Positions 8,847-17,871 of a DNA stretch of 35,971 nt are shown here, in pieces; the stretch's first letter is position 1, and every line of letters begins with the position of its first letter. Location: the NCBI RefSeq assembly GCF_021246445.1, contig NZ_JAJQXW010000006.1, forward strand, positions 1 to 35,971, written 5' to 3'. Under the pieces are notes generated by a model. The model did no database searches and was not told the DNA's origin. It worked only from the letters and a program-made list of their open reading frames with translations. This DNA is from Rhabdothermincola salaria (GTDB lineage Bacteria; Actinomycetota; Acidimicrobiia; Acidimicrobiales; Acidimicrobilacustridaceae). The translations under genes and the position numbers were made by a program.

Positions 8847-10406
8847 TCAGCTCCCTGCGTTGCCGAAGGCGGCGACGGTGTTGACGACGGCGGGGTCGGT
8901 GACCTTGAACAGCAGGTTCGGGTAGATGCCGAGCACGACGATCAGGGCCAGCATCGGCGTCCAGGCCACCCACTCGGCGGGCTGCACGTCGGTGATGTGG
9001 GGGTCGTCGGCGAATTCCTCGGTGGGTTCGCCGAACGCCACCCGCTGGTAGAGCCAGAGCAGGTAGGCGGCGGCGAGCACCGTGCCGAGGGCGGCGACGA
9101 CCATGTAGACCCGGAACAGCGCCTCGTTCAGGTCGCCGCCGGGGTTGTAGGCCGAGAGGATCGCCGGGAACTCGCCCCAGAAGCCGGCCAGGCCGGGCAG
9201 ACCGAGCGAGGCCATGGCGGAGAAGCCCAGGATCCAGCCCATGCGGGGAGCCTGCTTGAGCATCCCGCCGAGACGCCCGATCTCGAGGGTGTGGTAGCGC
9301 TCCTTGGTGGAGCCGGCCACGAAGAAGAGCATCCCGGTGATGAGGCCGTGGGCGACCATGCCGAAGATGGCCGCGTTGATGCCGAAGTCGGTGAGGGTGG
9401 CGATGCCGAGCATCACGAAGCCCATGTGGGCCACGGACGAGAAGGCGATGAGGCGCTTCATGTCGGTCTGGGCCAGACAGCACAGCGCCCCGTAGATGAT
9501 GCCGATGACGGCCAGCAACCCGATGAAGGGCGCCCACCGTTCGGCCGCTTCGGGCAGGATCGGCAGCGAGATGCGCACGAACCCGTACGTGCCGAGCTTC
9601 AGCAGCACCGCGGCCAGGATCACCGAGCCCACCGTGGGGGCCTGGGTGTGGGCGTCGGGCAGCCACGAGTGGAACGGGAACATGGGCACCTTGATGCCGA
9701 AGCCCATGAACATGCCACCGAAGATCCACAGGGCCGCACCGATGGAGATGCCCTCGGCGGCGGCCGGCAGCTGGGTCATGTCGAAGGTGTGGCGCATGAC
9801 GCCGTCGACCATGATCTCGTCGGAGAGGAAGTACAGCGCCATGAAGCTGACGATCATGAGCGCCGAGCCGAACAGCGTGTAGAGGAAGAACTTCATCGAC
9901 GCGTAGCGGCGCTTCTCGCCGCCCCACACGCCGATCATGAAGTACATCGGCAGCAGCACGACCTCGAAGAACACGAAGAACAAGATGAGGTCCTGGGCGG
10001 CGAACGTGCCGATCATGCCCGTCTCGAGGATGAGGATCAGTGCCAGGAACGCCTTGGGGTTGTGCGGCTCCGGGAAGTGGTTCCACGAGTACACGATGCA
10101 CAACGGCACCACCAGCATCGTGAGGGCGATGAGCGGCAGCGAGATGCCGTCCATGCCGACGATGTAGCGGCTGTTGATCACCGGGATCCACGCCTTGTCG
10201 ACGAAGAACTGCAGCGCTCCCGCGTCGTCGTAGTCGAAGTTGGTGAACAGCAGCACACCGACCAACGCCACCGCGAGGGAGGTGACGAGGGCGGTGACCT
10301 TGATGAGGTACTCGTCCTTCTTGGGGATGAGCATCACCACGGCCGCACCGACCAGCGGCAAGAACACCGCCAGGCTGAGGCCCCAACCGTTCAGGAAGTC
10401 TTTCAT
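8847..10406 (-). CDS. nuoM: Complex I-like subunit M (second cluster)
   Basis: DGISLPL, FFVFFEVVLLPMY, KVPMFPFHSWLPDAHTQAPT, LLKLGTYG and GLPGLAGFWGEF. Confidence 0.96.
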   Translation of the reverse strand: MKDFLNGWGLSLAVFLPLVGAAVVMLIPKKDEYLIKVTALVTSLAVALVGVLLFTNFDYDDAGALQFFVDKAWIPVINSRYIVGMDGISLPLIALTMLVVPLCIVYSWNHFPEPHNPKAFLALILILETGMIGTFAAQDLILFFVFFEVVLLPMYFMIGVWGGEKRRYASMKFFLYTLFGSALMIVSFMALYFLSDEIMVDGVMRHTFDMTQLPAAAEGISIGAALWIFGGMFMGFGIKVPMFPFHSWLPDAHTQAPTVGSVILAAVLLKLGTYGFVRISLPILPEAAERWAPFIGLLAVIGIIYGALCCLAQTDMKRLIAFSSVAHMGFVMLGIATLTDFGINAAIFGMVAHGLITGMLFFVAGSTKERYHTLEIGRLGGMLKQAPRMGWILGFSAMASLGLPGLAGFWGEFPAILSAYNPGGDLNEALFRVYMVVAALGTVLAAAYLLWLYQRVAFGEPTEEFADDPHITDVQPAEWVAWTPMLALIVVLGIYPNLLFKVTDPAVVNTVAAFGNAGS

Positions 10407-10425
10407 CAGTGGCTTTCCTGGGTTC

Positions 10426-12630
10426 CTAGAGGACGAAGACGAAGACGCCGGCCAAGACCGTGGCAGCGGCGAAGAGGATGGCGCCGTACTGCTGGACCTT
10501 GCCGGTCTGCAGACGACGCAGGAGCTGGCCGGAGGCCTCGGAGGCCGTACCCGAACCGTTCACGAGGCCATCGACCACGAACTGGTCGACGCCGCGGTAG
10601 ACGACGCCGGAGGCCTTCCGGAAGACCGTCGCGGTGCCATCGACGATGCCGTCGATGACGTTCTGGTTGAACCAGTTCGCGGCCCGGGCCAGGGGGCCCT
10701 TGGTGTTGGCCGCGATGATGTCGGTGTAGAGGTGGTCGAGGTAGTACTTGTTCTCGAGGATGGTGTAGCCGCCCCGGGCCAGGCGACTGCGGGCCATGAG
10801 GCCGTGCGGGCCCAGGTTCTTCTCGTAGTACGCGTAGGCCGCGAAGAGCCCGGCGACCGCCAGCACGGTGGACAGCAGCGCCACCCAGGGCACGAAGCCC
10901 GAGTGCGCCACCGCGGGGAAGACGAAGTTCGGCTCGACGTAGTCCTCGAAGGGGTGGACGAACGCGCTGGGGAGCTCGAGGCCGAAGAAGTTCGCCGGGA
11001 AGTTGAAGAACCCGAAGGTCACCGAGGCGATGGCCAGGATGACGAGCGGCACGGTCATGACCCTCGGCGACTCGTGAGGCGTGCCGTGGCCCCGGTACTC
11101 GCCCCAGAAGGTCATCCAGTAGGCCCGGCCCATGTAGGCCGCCGTCATGAAGGCCGTGATGAAGCCCATGACGAGCATGAAGGTGTAGGCCTGCTCCTGC
11201 CCGACCGCGGCGCCGGCGAGGATCTCGTCCTTGGACCAGAACCCGGCGAAGGGGATGATGCCGGCGAGGGCCAGCGTGGCCAACAAGAACGTGATGTGAG
11301 TGGTCTTCATGTACTTGCGCAGGCCACCCATCTCACGCATGTCGAACGTGTGGTGGGCCGCATGGCTGACCGAGCCGGCACCGAGGAAGAGGCAGGCCTT
11401 GAAGAAGGCGTGGGTGAAGAGGTGGAACACGCCGGCCGTCCACGCCCCCACCCCGAGGGCCATGACCATGTAGCCCAGCTGGGAGATGGTCGAGTAGGCC
11501 AGGACCTTCTTGATGTCGTACTGCACGAAGGCGAGGACGCCGCCGATGATGGTGGTGAGCCCACCGATGAGGGCCACGTAGTGGAACGAGCTCGATCCGA
11601 TGGCCAGACCCGACCAGAACACCGGGTACAGGCGGGCGATGAGGTAGACGCCGGCGACCACCATGGTGGCGGCGTGGATGAGCGCAGACACCGGGGTGGG
11701 CCCGGCCATGGCATCGGGCAGCCAGGTGTGCAGCGGGAACTGGCCCGACTTCGAGGTGACACCGGCGAACAGGCACAGCGCACCCACGAGCAGCAGGGTG
11801 GTGTTGGCCCCCGGCGAGAGGGCGTACTCGTTGATGTGCAGCACCCCGAAGCTGGTGGCCCCGGCGGCGAAGAAGGTGATGGTGACGCCGATGATGAGGC
11901 CCATGTCGCCGACACGGTTGGTGAGGAAGGCCTTGAGGGCGGCGTCGGAGTTCTTCTTCTCCTCCCACCAGTGCCCGATGAGGGCGAACGAGCAGAGACC
12001 GACGAGCTCCCAGCCCACCAGCATCTGCAGCGTGTTCGAGCTGATGACGTAGAGCAGCATCGACGCGGTGAACAGCGACAGGAAGGCGTAGTAGTGGGTG
12101 AAGCGCCGATCGCCGCGCAGGTACTCGGTGGAGTAGATGTGCACCAGCAACGAGATGATGGTCACCGTCACCAGCATCATGGCGGTGAGCCCGTCGACCA
12201 GGGTGCCGGCCTTGAACTCGATGCCTCCGATCTGGAACCACGTGACCTCGGCGACCACCGGAGTGACGGCGGCCTCGGCCTTGCCCTCCCCGGCGGCGGC
12301 GGCGAGCTCGCCGGCGGCGCTCTCACCGGTGCCGGGGCCGATGGGCGTGACGACCGCGGCGGAGTGGCCCTCGGCGCCGGCCTCCGCTGGCGGAGGCAGC
12401 TCCACGCCCTGCAGCTCCGAGGAGGGCACCGAGGTCGGCGGGTCGTCGACCCGCTGGATCCACTGGCCGGCCACGACGAGCGACAGCAGCAGGCAGACGG
12501 AGACCGAGGCGATGCCGATGCCGGCAGTGGCCCTGGTGCCCAGACGCTTGCCGAAGAACAAGATGGCCACGAACGACACCGCCATGAGGGCGGGGAGGAT
12601 CCAGACCTGGTCGAGGAGATGGGGGATCAC
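10426..12630 (-). CDS. nuoL: Complex I-like subunit L (second cluster)
   Basis: GWELVGLCSF, KAFLTNRVGD, KSGQFPLHTWLPDAMAGPTPVSALIHAATMV, HAFFKA, FWSKDEI and LQTGKVQQY. Confidence 0.96.
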   Translation of the reverse strand: MIPHLLDQVWILPALMAVSFVAILFFGKRLGTRATAGIGIASVSVCLLLSLVVAGQWIQRVDDPPTSVPSSELQGVELPPPAEAGAEGHSAAVVTPIGPGTGESAAGELAAAAGEGKAEAAVTPVVAEVTWFQIGGIEFKAGTLVDGLTAMMLVTVTIISLLVHIYSTEYLRGDRRFTHYYAFLSLFTASMLLYVISSNTLQMLVGWELVGLCSFALIGHWWEEKKNSDAALKAFLTNRVGDMGLIIGVTITFFAAGATSFGVLHINEYALSPGANTTLLLVGALCLFAGVTSKSGQFPLHTWLPDAMAGPTPVSALIHAATMVVAGVYLIARLYPVFWSGLAIGSSSFHYVALIGGLTTIIGGVLAFVQYDIKKVLAYSTISQLGYMVMALGVGAWTAGVFHLFTHAFFKACLFLGAGSVSHAAHHTFDMREMGGLRKYMKTTHITFLLATLALAGIIPFAGFWSKDEILAGAAVGQEQAYTFMLVMGFITAFMTAAYMGRAYWMTFWGEYRGHGTPHESPRVMTVPLVILAIASVTFGFFNFPANFFGLELPSAFVHPFEDYVEPNFVFPAVAHSGFVPWVALLSTVLAVAGLFAAYAYYEKNLGPHGLMARSRLARGGYTILENKYYLDHLYTDIIAANTKGPLARAANWFNQNVIDGIVDGTATVFRKASGVVYRGVDQFVVDGLVNGSGTASEASGQLLRRLQTGKVQQYGAILFAAATVLAGVFVFVL

Positions 12631-12637
12631 GGTCAGC

Positions 12638-12952
12638 TCAGCCCTTCAACAGATCGAGCTCGGTGACGTCGATGCTCTGTCGGTTGCGGTAGATCATCAT
12701 CACCATGGCCAGGCCGACGCCGACCTCGGCGGCGGCGATGGCGATCACGAACAGGGCGAAGACCTGGCCCGTCATGTTGGTGATGTCACCGGCGTGCCAC
12801 ATGGCCCCGAAGGCGACGAGGTTGATGTTGACGGCGTTGAGGATGAGCTCGATCGACATCAGGATCATCACGCCGTTGCGGCGGGCGAGCACCCCGTAGA
12901 CGCCGATGCAGAACAAGATCGCGCCGAGGAAGAGGAACTGGTTGACGAGCAT
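12638..12952 (-). CDS. nuoK: Complex I-like subunit K (second cluster)
   Basis: RRN..MILMSIELILNAVN and GQVFALFVIAIAAAEVGVGLA. Confidence 0.95.
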   Translation of the reverse strand: MLVNQFLFLGAILFCIGVYGVLARRNGVMILMSIELILNAVNINLVAFGAMWHAGDITNMTGQVFALFVIAIAAAEVGVGLAMVMMIYRNRQSIDVTELDLLKG

Positions 12953-12955
12953 GGG

Positions 12956-13465
12956 TCAGTCCCGCCTTGCCAGGACGATGGCCCCGACCAGGGCCACGAG
13001 CAGGAGCACCGAGATCACCCAGAAGGGGATCAAGAAGGTGGAGAAGATGGAGTCGCTGACCTCGGCGGTGCGCTGGACGGCGATGTCGCCGAACTCTCGG
13101 TCCTCGAAGCCGTCCCAGAGGGCGAAGCCGAGCAGGCCGGCGAGGATGACCCCGATGCCGGCGGCGACGGCCTTGGCCGGGCCCGGGTTGTCGAGGTCGT
13201 CGGTGCGGCCGATCTTGGAGCGGGTGAGCATGATGCCGAACAGGAACAGCACCATGATGGCGCCGAGGTAGACCAGCACCTGAGTGATGGCCACGAACTC
13301 GGCGGCCAACAAGATGTACTGGGCGGCCACGCCGGCGAGGACCAGCACCAGCCAGAGGGCGGCGTGCATGATGTTCTTGCTGGTGACCACGCGGATGGCC
13401 CCGAAGACCATCAGGGCGGCGATCACGTAGAACGCGATGTTCTGGGCGACGAGCAGGGCGAGCAT
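12956..13465 (-). CDS. nuoJ: Complex I-like subunit J (second cluster)
   Basis: ATG 13465 (TGATG overlap with the nuoI2 stop). KNIMHAALWL, AEFVAITQVLVYLGAIMVLFLF and LLVALVGAIVLAR. Confidence 0.93.
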   Translation of the reverse strand: MLALLVAQNIAFYVIAALMVFGAIRVVTSKNIMHAALWLVLVLAGVAAQYILLAAEFVAITQVLVYLGAIMVLFLFGIMLTRSKIGRTDDLDNPGPAKAVAAGIGVILAGLLGFALWDGFEDREFGDIAVQRTAEVSDSIFSTFLIPFWVISVLLLVALVGAIVLARRD

Positions 13466-13968
13466 CAGTCTCGAGGCACCTTCTTGACCTTGGCCTCGGA
13501 GCCGGCCTCGTAGGCGGGGAAGTCCGGGACGGTCTGCATCCACTGGCCCAAGCGGGTCTTGTCGTGGAGCAGGTCGGCGATGCGGACCTCGGAGTACTCG
13601 TACTCGGGGCTCCAGAAGAGGGCCTCGAAGGGGCAGACCTCGACGCAGATGCCGCAGTACATGCACAGGGCGAAGTCGATGTCGAAGCGGTCGAGGGCGT
13701 TCTTCTGGCGGGGCTTGCCGCCCTCACGGCGCGGAGGCGCGAGGTACTTGTGGGCCTCGATGAAGATGCACCAGTCGGGGCACTCGCGAGCGCACAGCAT
13801 GCACGCGGTGCAGTTCTCCTCCTTGAGCGAGATCACACCCCGCGCACGCGGCGCGGGGAGCTCCTTCTCGTGGGGGTAGAGCGTGGTCTGGGGGCCCGAG
13901 GTGAGGGTCTTGACCATCTCACCGAACGTGACACCGAGGCCCTTGATCAGACCTGGGACCTGAGGCAT
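13465..13968 (-). CDS. nuoI: Complex I-like subunit I, 2x[4Fe-4S] (second cluster)
   Basis: [19 protein letters not shown] and [12 protein letters not shown]. Confidence 0.95.
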   Translation of the reverse strand: MPQVPGLIKGLGVTFGEMVKTLTSGPQTTLYPHEKELPAPRARGVISLKEENCTACMLCARECPDWCIFIEAHKYLAPPRREGGKPRQKNALDRFDIDFALCMYCGICVEVCPFEALFWSPEYEYSEVRIADLLHDKTRLGQWMQTVPDFPAYEAGSEAKVKKVPRD

Positions 13969-15006
13969 CTAGAGCACCACCTTGAGCACGCCGGTCACGA
14001 GGATGTTCACGAGTGAGATGGGGATCAGCACCTTCCAGGCGAAGGACTGCAGCTGGTCCTCACGGAAGCGGGGGTAGGTGAAGCGGACCCAGAAGATGAT
14101 GAACGACACGAGCATCACCTTGGCGAACAGCACGATGGGCCCGAGGACGTAGTACCAGTCGCTCGAGGTCGAGAGCCACGGGACCGCCCAGCCACCGAGG
14201 AAGAGCACCGATGCGATCGCCGCGAAGGCGAAGGCGGTGGCGAACTCGGCGAGGAAGAACAACAGGAACCGGAAGCCCGAGTACTCGACCTGGTAGCCGC
14301 CGACGATCTCGGACTCGGCCACCGGCATGTCGAAGGGGGGCTGGGTGAGCTCGGCCTGCACGGCGGCGAGGAAGATCACGAACCCGACGAACTGGGTGAG
14401 GATGAACGGGTTGCCGATGCCGCCCCAGCCGAAGATCTCGCCGTCGGCCTGGGCGAACACGATGCCGTTGAGGCTGAGGGTGCCGGCCTGGATGACCACA
14501 CCGACGACCGCCAGCACGAGCGGGAGCTCGTAGGCGATGAGCTGCCCGGCGGCACGGAGCGCACCGATGAGGGAGTACTTGTTGGCCGAGGCCCAACCGG
14601 CCATCAGCACGCCGATGACCGACAGCGACGAGACCGCCAGCACGAAGAAGATGCCGGTGTCGAGGTCTTCGACGACGAGGTTCGGTGAGGCGGGGATGGC
14701 CACGTAGACGAGCAGCGTCGAGACGAGAACGACGATCGGTGCGGCCCGGAAGACGAACTTGTCGGCCCCGTTGGGCATGAGGTCCTCCTTCTGGAGGAAC
14801 TTCACGCCGTCGGCGAGCAGCTGCAGGGTGCCACGAGGGCCGGCTTCCTGAGGCCCGAGGCGGCTCTGCATCCAACTCATGACCTTGAAGAGGAAGACCA
14901 TGCCGAGGATGAGGGCGGTGGTGGGGACCACCGCGCTGACCACGAGGACCTTGATGACGGTCGACAGCCAGTAGGGCGGGTCGAACGCGGCGAGGAGGAG
15001 GGTCAT
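13969..15006 (-). CDS. nuoH: Complex I-like subunit H (second cluster)
   Basis: MQSRLGP, ADGVKFLQKED, NKYSLIGALRAAGQLIAYE, PFDMPVAESEIVGGYQVEYSG and YPRFREDQL. Confidence 0.95.
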   Translation of the reverse strand: MTLLLAAFDPPYWLSTVIKVLVVSAVVPTTALILGMVFLFKVMSWMQSRLGPQEAGPRGTLQLLADGVKFLQKEDLMPNGADKFVFRAAPIVVLVSTLLVYVAIPASPNLVVEDLDTGIFFVLAVSSLSVIGVLMAGWASANKYSLIGALRAAGQLIAYELPLVLAVVGVVIQAGTLSLNGIVFAQADGEIFGWGGIGNPFILTQFVGFVIFLAAVQAELTQPPFDMPVAESEIVGGYQVEYSGFRFLLFFLAEFATAFAFAAIASVLFLGGWAVPWLSTSSDWYYVLGPIVLFAKVMLVSFIIFWVRFTYPRFREDQLQSFAWKVLIPISLVNILVTGVLKVVL

Positions 15007-16178
15007 CGGTCGATGTCACCCAGGATGAAGTAGAGGCTGCCGAGGATCGAGATGAGGTCGGGGACGTAGACGCCCCGGGCCACCCACGGCACGATGGAGA
15101 TGTTGTTGAACGAAGGCGTGCGGATCTTGACCCGGAACGGGACCAGGTCACCCTTGGAGACGACGTAGTAGCCCATGGCGCCGAGGGGGTTCTCGGTCTC
15201 GACGTACGCTTCGCCCTCGGGCACCTTGATGATGCGCGGCACCTTGGCCATGACCGGACCGCCGGGCAGCGAGTCGAGCAGCTGGTCGACGATGAGGGTG
15301 GCTTCGCGGGTCTCCTGCAGACGCACCCACGTGCGGGCGTAGCAGTCGCCGTCGGGGTGGGTCCAGACCTTCCAGTCGGCCTGGTCGTAGGCCAGCCCGG
15401 GCGGGCACGCGTCGCGCCGCAGGTCCCAGTCGACCCCCGAGCCGCGCAGGTTGGCGCCGGAGAGCCCGTAGCTGAGGGCGATGTCGGCGGGGATGATGCC
15501 GATGCCGCGGGTACGAGCCTGGAAGATCTCGTTGCCCATCATCAGGGTCTCGGTCTCGTCGCAGAAGGCTCGGAGGCGCGCCATGGCGGCCTTGGTCTCG
15601 GCGATCCAGCCCTTGGGCAGGTCGTCCTTGAGGCCGCCGATGCGGTCGAAGTTGGGATGGAAGCGACCGCCGGTGGCCGCCTCGATCTGGTTGAGCACGT
15701 GCTCGCGGTCACGGAAGGCGTAGAAGCCCATCGTCATGGCCCCGAGCTGCAGGCCGAAGTCGCCGAGGAACAGCGAGATGTTGGCGATGCGGGCCAGCTC
15801 GAAGAGGATGGTGCGGATGTGCTGGGCCTGCGGCGGGGCCTCGACCTCCATCAGCTTTTCGGCGGCGAGGATGAATGGCACCTCGTTGGCGAAGCTGCCG
15901 AGCCAGTCGATGCGGTTGATGAGGGCCGTGACCTGCGGGTAGGTGCGGACCTCGGTGAGCTTCTCGTAGCCGCGGTGCATGTAGCCCGGGATCGGTTCGG
16001 CGGTGATGATCTCCTCGCCGTCGAGCTTGGCGACGATGCGCAGGGTGCCGTGGGTGGCCGGGTGCTGCGGGCCCAGGTTGAGGGTCATGCCCTCGGTCTC
16101 GAGCTCGACGTTGACGCGGGCGTCGGCGGCCTGCGACGCGATGTAGGCGAGCTGGTCGCGCTCGCTGATGGCGGTCAT
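15003..16178 (-). CDS. nuoD: Complex I-like subunit D (second cluster)
   Basis: [45 protein letters not shown] and GDIDR. No NiFe CxxC motifs. Confidence 0.95.
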   Translation of the reverse strand: MTAISERDQLAYIASQAADARVNVELETEGMTLNLGPQHPATHGTLRIVAKLDGEEIITAEPIPGYMHRGYEKLTEVRTYPQVTALINRIDWLGSFANEVPFILAAEKLMEVEAPPQAQHIRTILFELARIANISLFLGDFGLQLGAMTMGFYAFRDREHVLNQIEAATGGRFHPNFDRIGGLKDDLPKGWIAETKAAMARLRAFCDETETLMMGNEIFQARTRGIGIIPADIALSYGLSGANLRGSGVDWDLRRDACPPGLAYDQADWKVWTHPDGDCYARTWVRLQETREATLIVDQLLDSLPGGPVMAKVPRIIKVPEGEAYVETENPLGAMGYYVVSKGDLVPFRVKIRTPSFNNISIVPWVARGVYVPDLISILGSLYFILGDIDR

Positions 16179-16861
16179 TCGCCCTCTCCCTCGTCGTCGC
16201 CCTCACCGGGCAGCGGCTCCACGTCGACGATGCCCGGCCACGGACGCACCCGGCGGCTCAGCAGCGGGAAGTCCTTGCGCAGGGGGTGCCCCTGGAAGTC
16301 GGCCGGGAGGTACAGCTTGATCAGGTTGGGGTGCCCGTCGAAGGTGATGCCGAACATCTCGAAGCACTCGCGCTCGTGCCAGTTGGCCCCCCGGAAGTGC
16401 GGGGTCCAGCTGCCGATGCGCAGGTCGTCGTCGGCGATGTCGGCCTTGAGGTGCACGCCCATGCCGGCGGCGATGGAGTAGAGCCGGCCGATGACCTGGA
16501 AGCGGGTGTCGCCGCCGGCGTAGCCCTGCTGCAGGGGCCCGGGATCCTTGGGCTCGCCGCCGTGGACCGCCAGGTCCTCCTGGGCGTCCATGTCGCGCCC
16601 GTAGGGCGAGGGCAGCCAGTCGATGGCGGAGAGGTAGTCGAAGAAGTCGTAGCCCAGGGCCTTGAGCTCGGCCGCGGCCTGGGGCCAGGCGTCGCGGTCG
16701 ACGCGAACCCAGAGGTCGTCGAGAGGACGGATGTGGGAGCCGACGACGGCGTCGCCGAGGGCCGCGGTGATCTGGCCCAGGAGGGCCTCACGGGGCTCGT
16801 CGACGAGCGGCGCCTCTTCCTCGGGCGCCTCGGTCTCGGTGGACGTGTCAGCCGACGACAA
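16175..16861 (-). CDS. nuoC: Complex I-like subunit C (second cluster)
   Basis: YLSAIDW and [41 protein letters not shown] 16861 is preferred on SD spacing; GTG 16870 is the alternative. Confidence 0.92.
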   Translation of the reverse strand: MSSADTSTETEAPEEEAPLVDEPREALLGQITAALGDAVVGSHIRPLDDLWVRVDRDAWPQAAAELKALGYDFFDYLSAIDWLPSPYGRDMDAQEDLAVHGGEPKDPGPLQQGYAGGDTRFQVIGRLYSIAAGMGVHLKADIADDDLRIGSWTPHFRGANWHERECFEMFGITFDGHPNLIKLYLPADFQGHPLRKDFPLLSRRVRPWPGIVDVEPLPGEGDDEGEGE

Positions 16862-17348
16862 TCGGATCACCCTTCCAACGAGCGGACATGTCCTCGTTCA
16901 AGATGCGCTCCTGGAGCAGGACCACACCCTCGAGCAGGGCCTCGGGCCGAGGCGGGCAACCGGGGACGTAGACGTCGACGGGGATGATCTGGTCGACGCC
17001 CTTGGTCACCGAGTAGCTGTCCCAGTAGGGGCCCCCGCAGTTGGCGCACGATCCCATGGAGATGACGTACTTGGGGTCGGGCATCTGCTCGTAGAGGCGC
17101 AGCACGGCCGGCGAGAGCTTGTCGGTGACGGTGCCGGCGATGACGACGAGGTCGGCCTGCCGGGGCGTGGCCGGGAACGGGATGACGCCGAGGCGCATCA
17201 CGTCGTAGCGGGGAGAGGCGAAGGCGGCCCCCATCTCGATGGCGCAGCACGCCAGACCCCACTGGTACGCCCAGATGGAGTACTTGCGGCTCATGTTCAG
17301 GAGCTTGCCGATGGACTTCGGCATGCGTCCGCTCTCGACTAGGCCCAT
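16848..17348 (-). CDS. nuoB: Complex I-like subunit B, N2 cluster (second cluster)
   Basis: ATG 17348. [33 protein letters not shown] and [14 protein letters not shown]. Confidence 0.96.
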   Translation of the reverse strand: MGLVESGRMPKSIGKLLNMSRKYSIWAYQWGLACCAIEMGAAFASPRYDVMRLGVIPFPATPRQADLVVIAGTVTDKLSPAVLRLYEQMPDPKYVISMGSCANCGGPYWDSYSVTKGVDQIIPVDVYVPGCPPRPEALLEGVVLLQERILNEDMSARWKGDPIVVG

Positions 17349-17713
17349 CGGATGACCCCCTTGCGCCAGGCGTGGAGCAGGCCCAGGGCGAGCAGCACGA
17401 TGACCGAGCCCATGGCCACCAGGCCGAACCAGCCGTAGACCTCGAGACGGGTGGCCCACGGGAAGATGAACACCGCTTCGACGTCGAAGATGACGAACAT
17501 GAGGGCGAAGACGTAGTAGCGGATCTGGCTCTGCGACCAGGCGGTGCCCACGGCGTCGACGCCCGACTCGTAGGTCAGGTACTTCTGCTCCTGGGGGCGG
17601 GTCGGTCGCAGGATGCGACCGAGGCCCAGGAGCCCCGCGGCCAGACCGACGCCGACACCTGCGAAGATGGCGACCGTCAGGTACTGCCGCACGAAATCGG
17701 AGTACTCAGACAT
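17339..17713 (-). CDS. nuoA: Complex I-like subunit A (second cluster)
   Basis: [31 protein letters not shown] and AWRKGVIRW. Confidence 0.95.
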   Translation of the reverse strand: MSEYSDFVRQYLTVAIFAGVGVGLAAGLLGLGRILRPTRPQEQKYLTYESGVDAVGTAWSQSQIRYYVFALMFVIFDVEAVFIFPWATRLEVYGWFGLVAMGSVIVLLALGLLHAWRKGVIRWA

Positions 17714-17722
17714 CGGCGGCTG

Positions 17723-17743
17723 AGCCTAGTGAACGGCTGCACA
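17723..17743 (-). promoter_or_regulatory. Candidate nuoA2 promoter -10 (TAGGCT, 17728-17723) with an overlapping Rex/CRP-like 16-bp palindrome (17728-17743)
   Basis: TAGGCT lies 9 nt before the ATG and there is no SD (near-leaderless). AGTGAACGGCTGCACA differs at 2 positions from the Rex operator consensus TGTGAACNNNTTCACA. Confidence 0.55.
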
Positions 17744-17834
17744 TGGCAGGAAATCCTCTGGTCAGGCGGGACGGGGAGCCACGAAGGCACCCCGCCGAGG
17801 GCGGATCGGGCGGGTTCGACACAGGGGGTGGGAC

Positions 17835-17871
17835 GGCTCCGTCGCGCCCGGTGAAGGGGCGCGACGGGGCC
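17835..17871 (-). terminator. 15-bp hairpin directly after the nuoN stop, separating the two nuo operons
   Basis: GGCTCCGTCGCGCCC-GGTGAAG-GGGCGCGACGGGGCC with one non-Watson-Crick pair; no U-tract. Confidence 0.55.

Noticed and set aside
6084..10658. 1524-aa plus-strand ORF and similar long ORFs (10240-12666, 19437-21137, 21380-23215, 26134-27513, 27676-29079 and others)
   Set aside because: Antisense shadows of well-supported minus-strand nuo/acs genes, expected at about 70% GC. They have no recognisable motifs.
7332..12952. Second L/M/N/K set as an Mrp antiporter or a '2M' complex I
   Set aside because: The subunits are embedded in a full nuoA-D,H-N order and there is only one nuoM per operon.
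15003..17348. Second cluster as a group 4 [NiFe]-hydrogenase
   Set aside because: NuoD2 lacks both N- and C-terminal CxxC Ni-binding motifs, NuoB2 has the complex I tandem CC motif, and nuoA/J/K are present.
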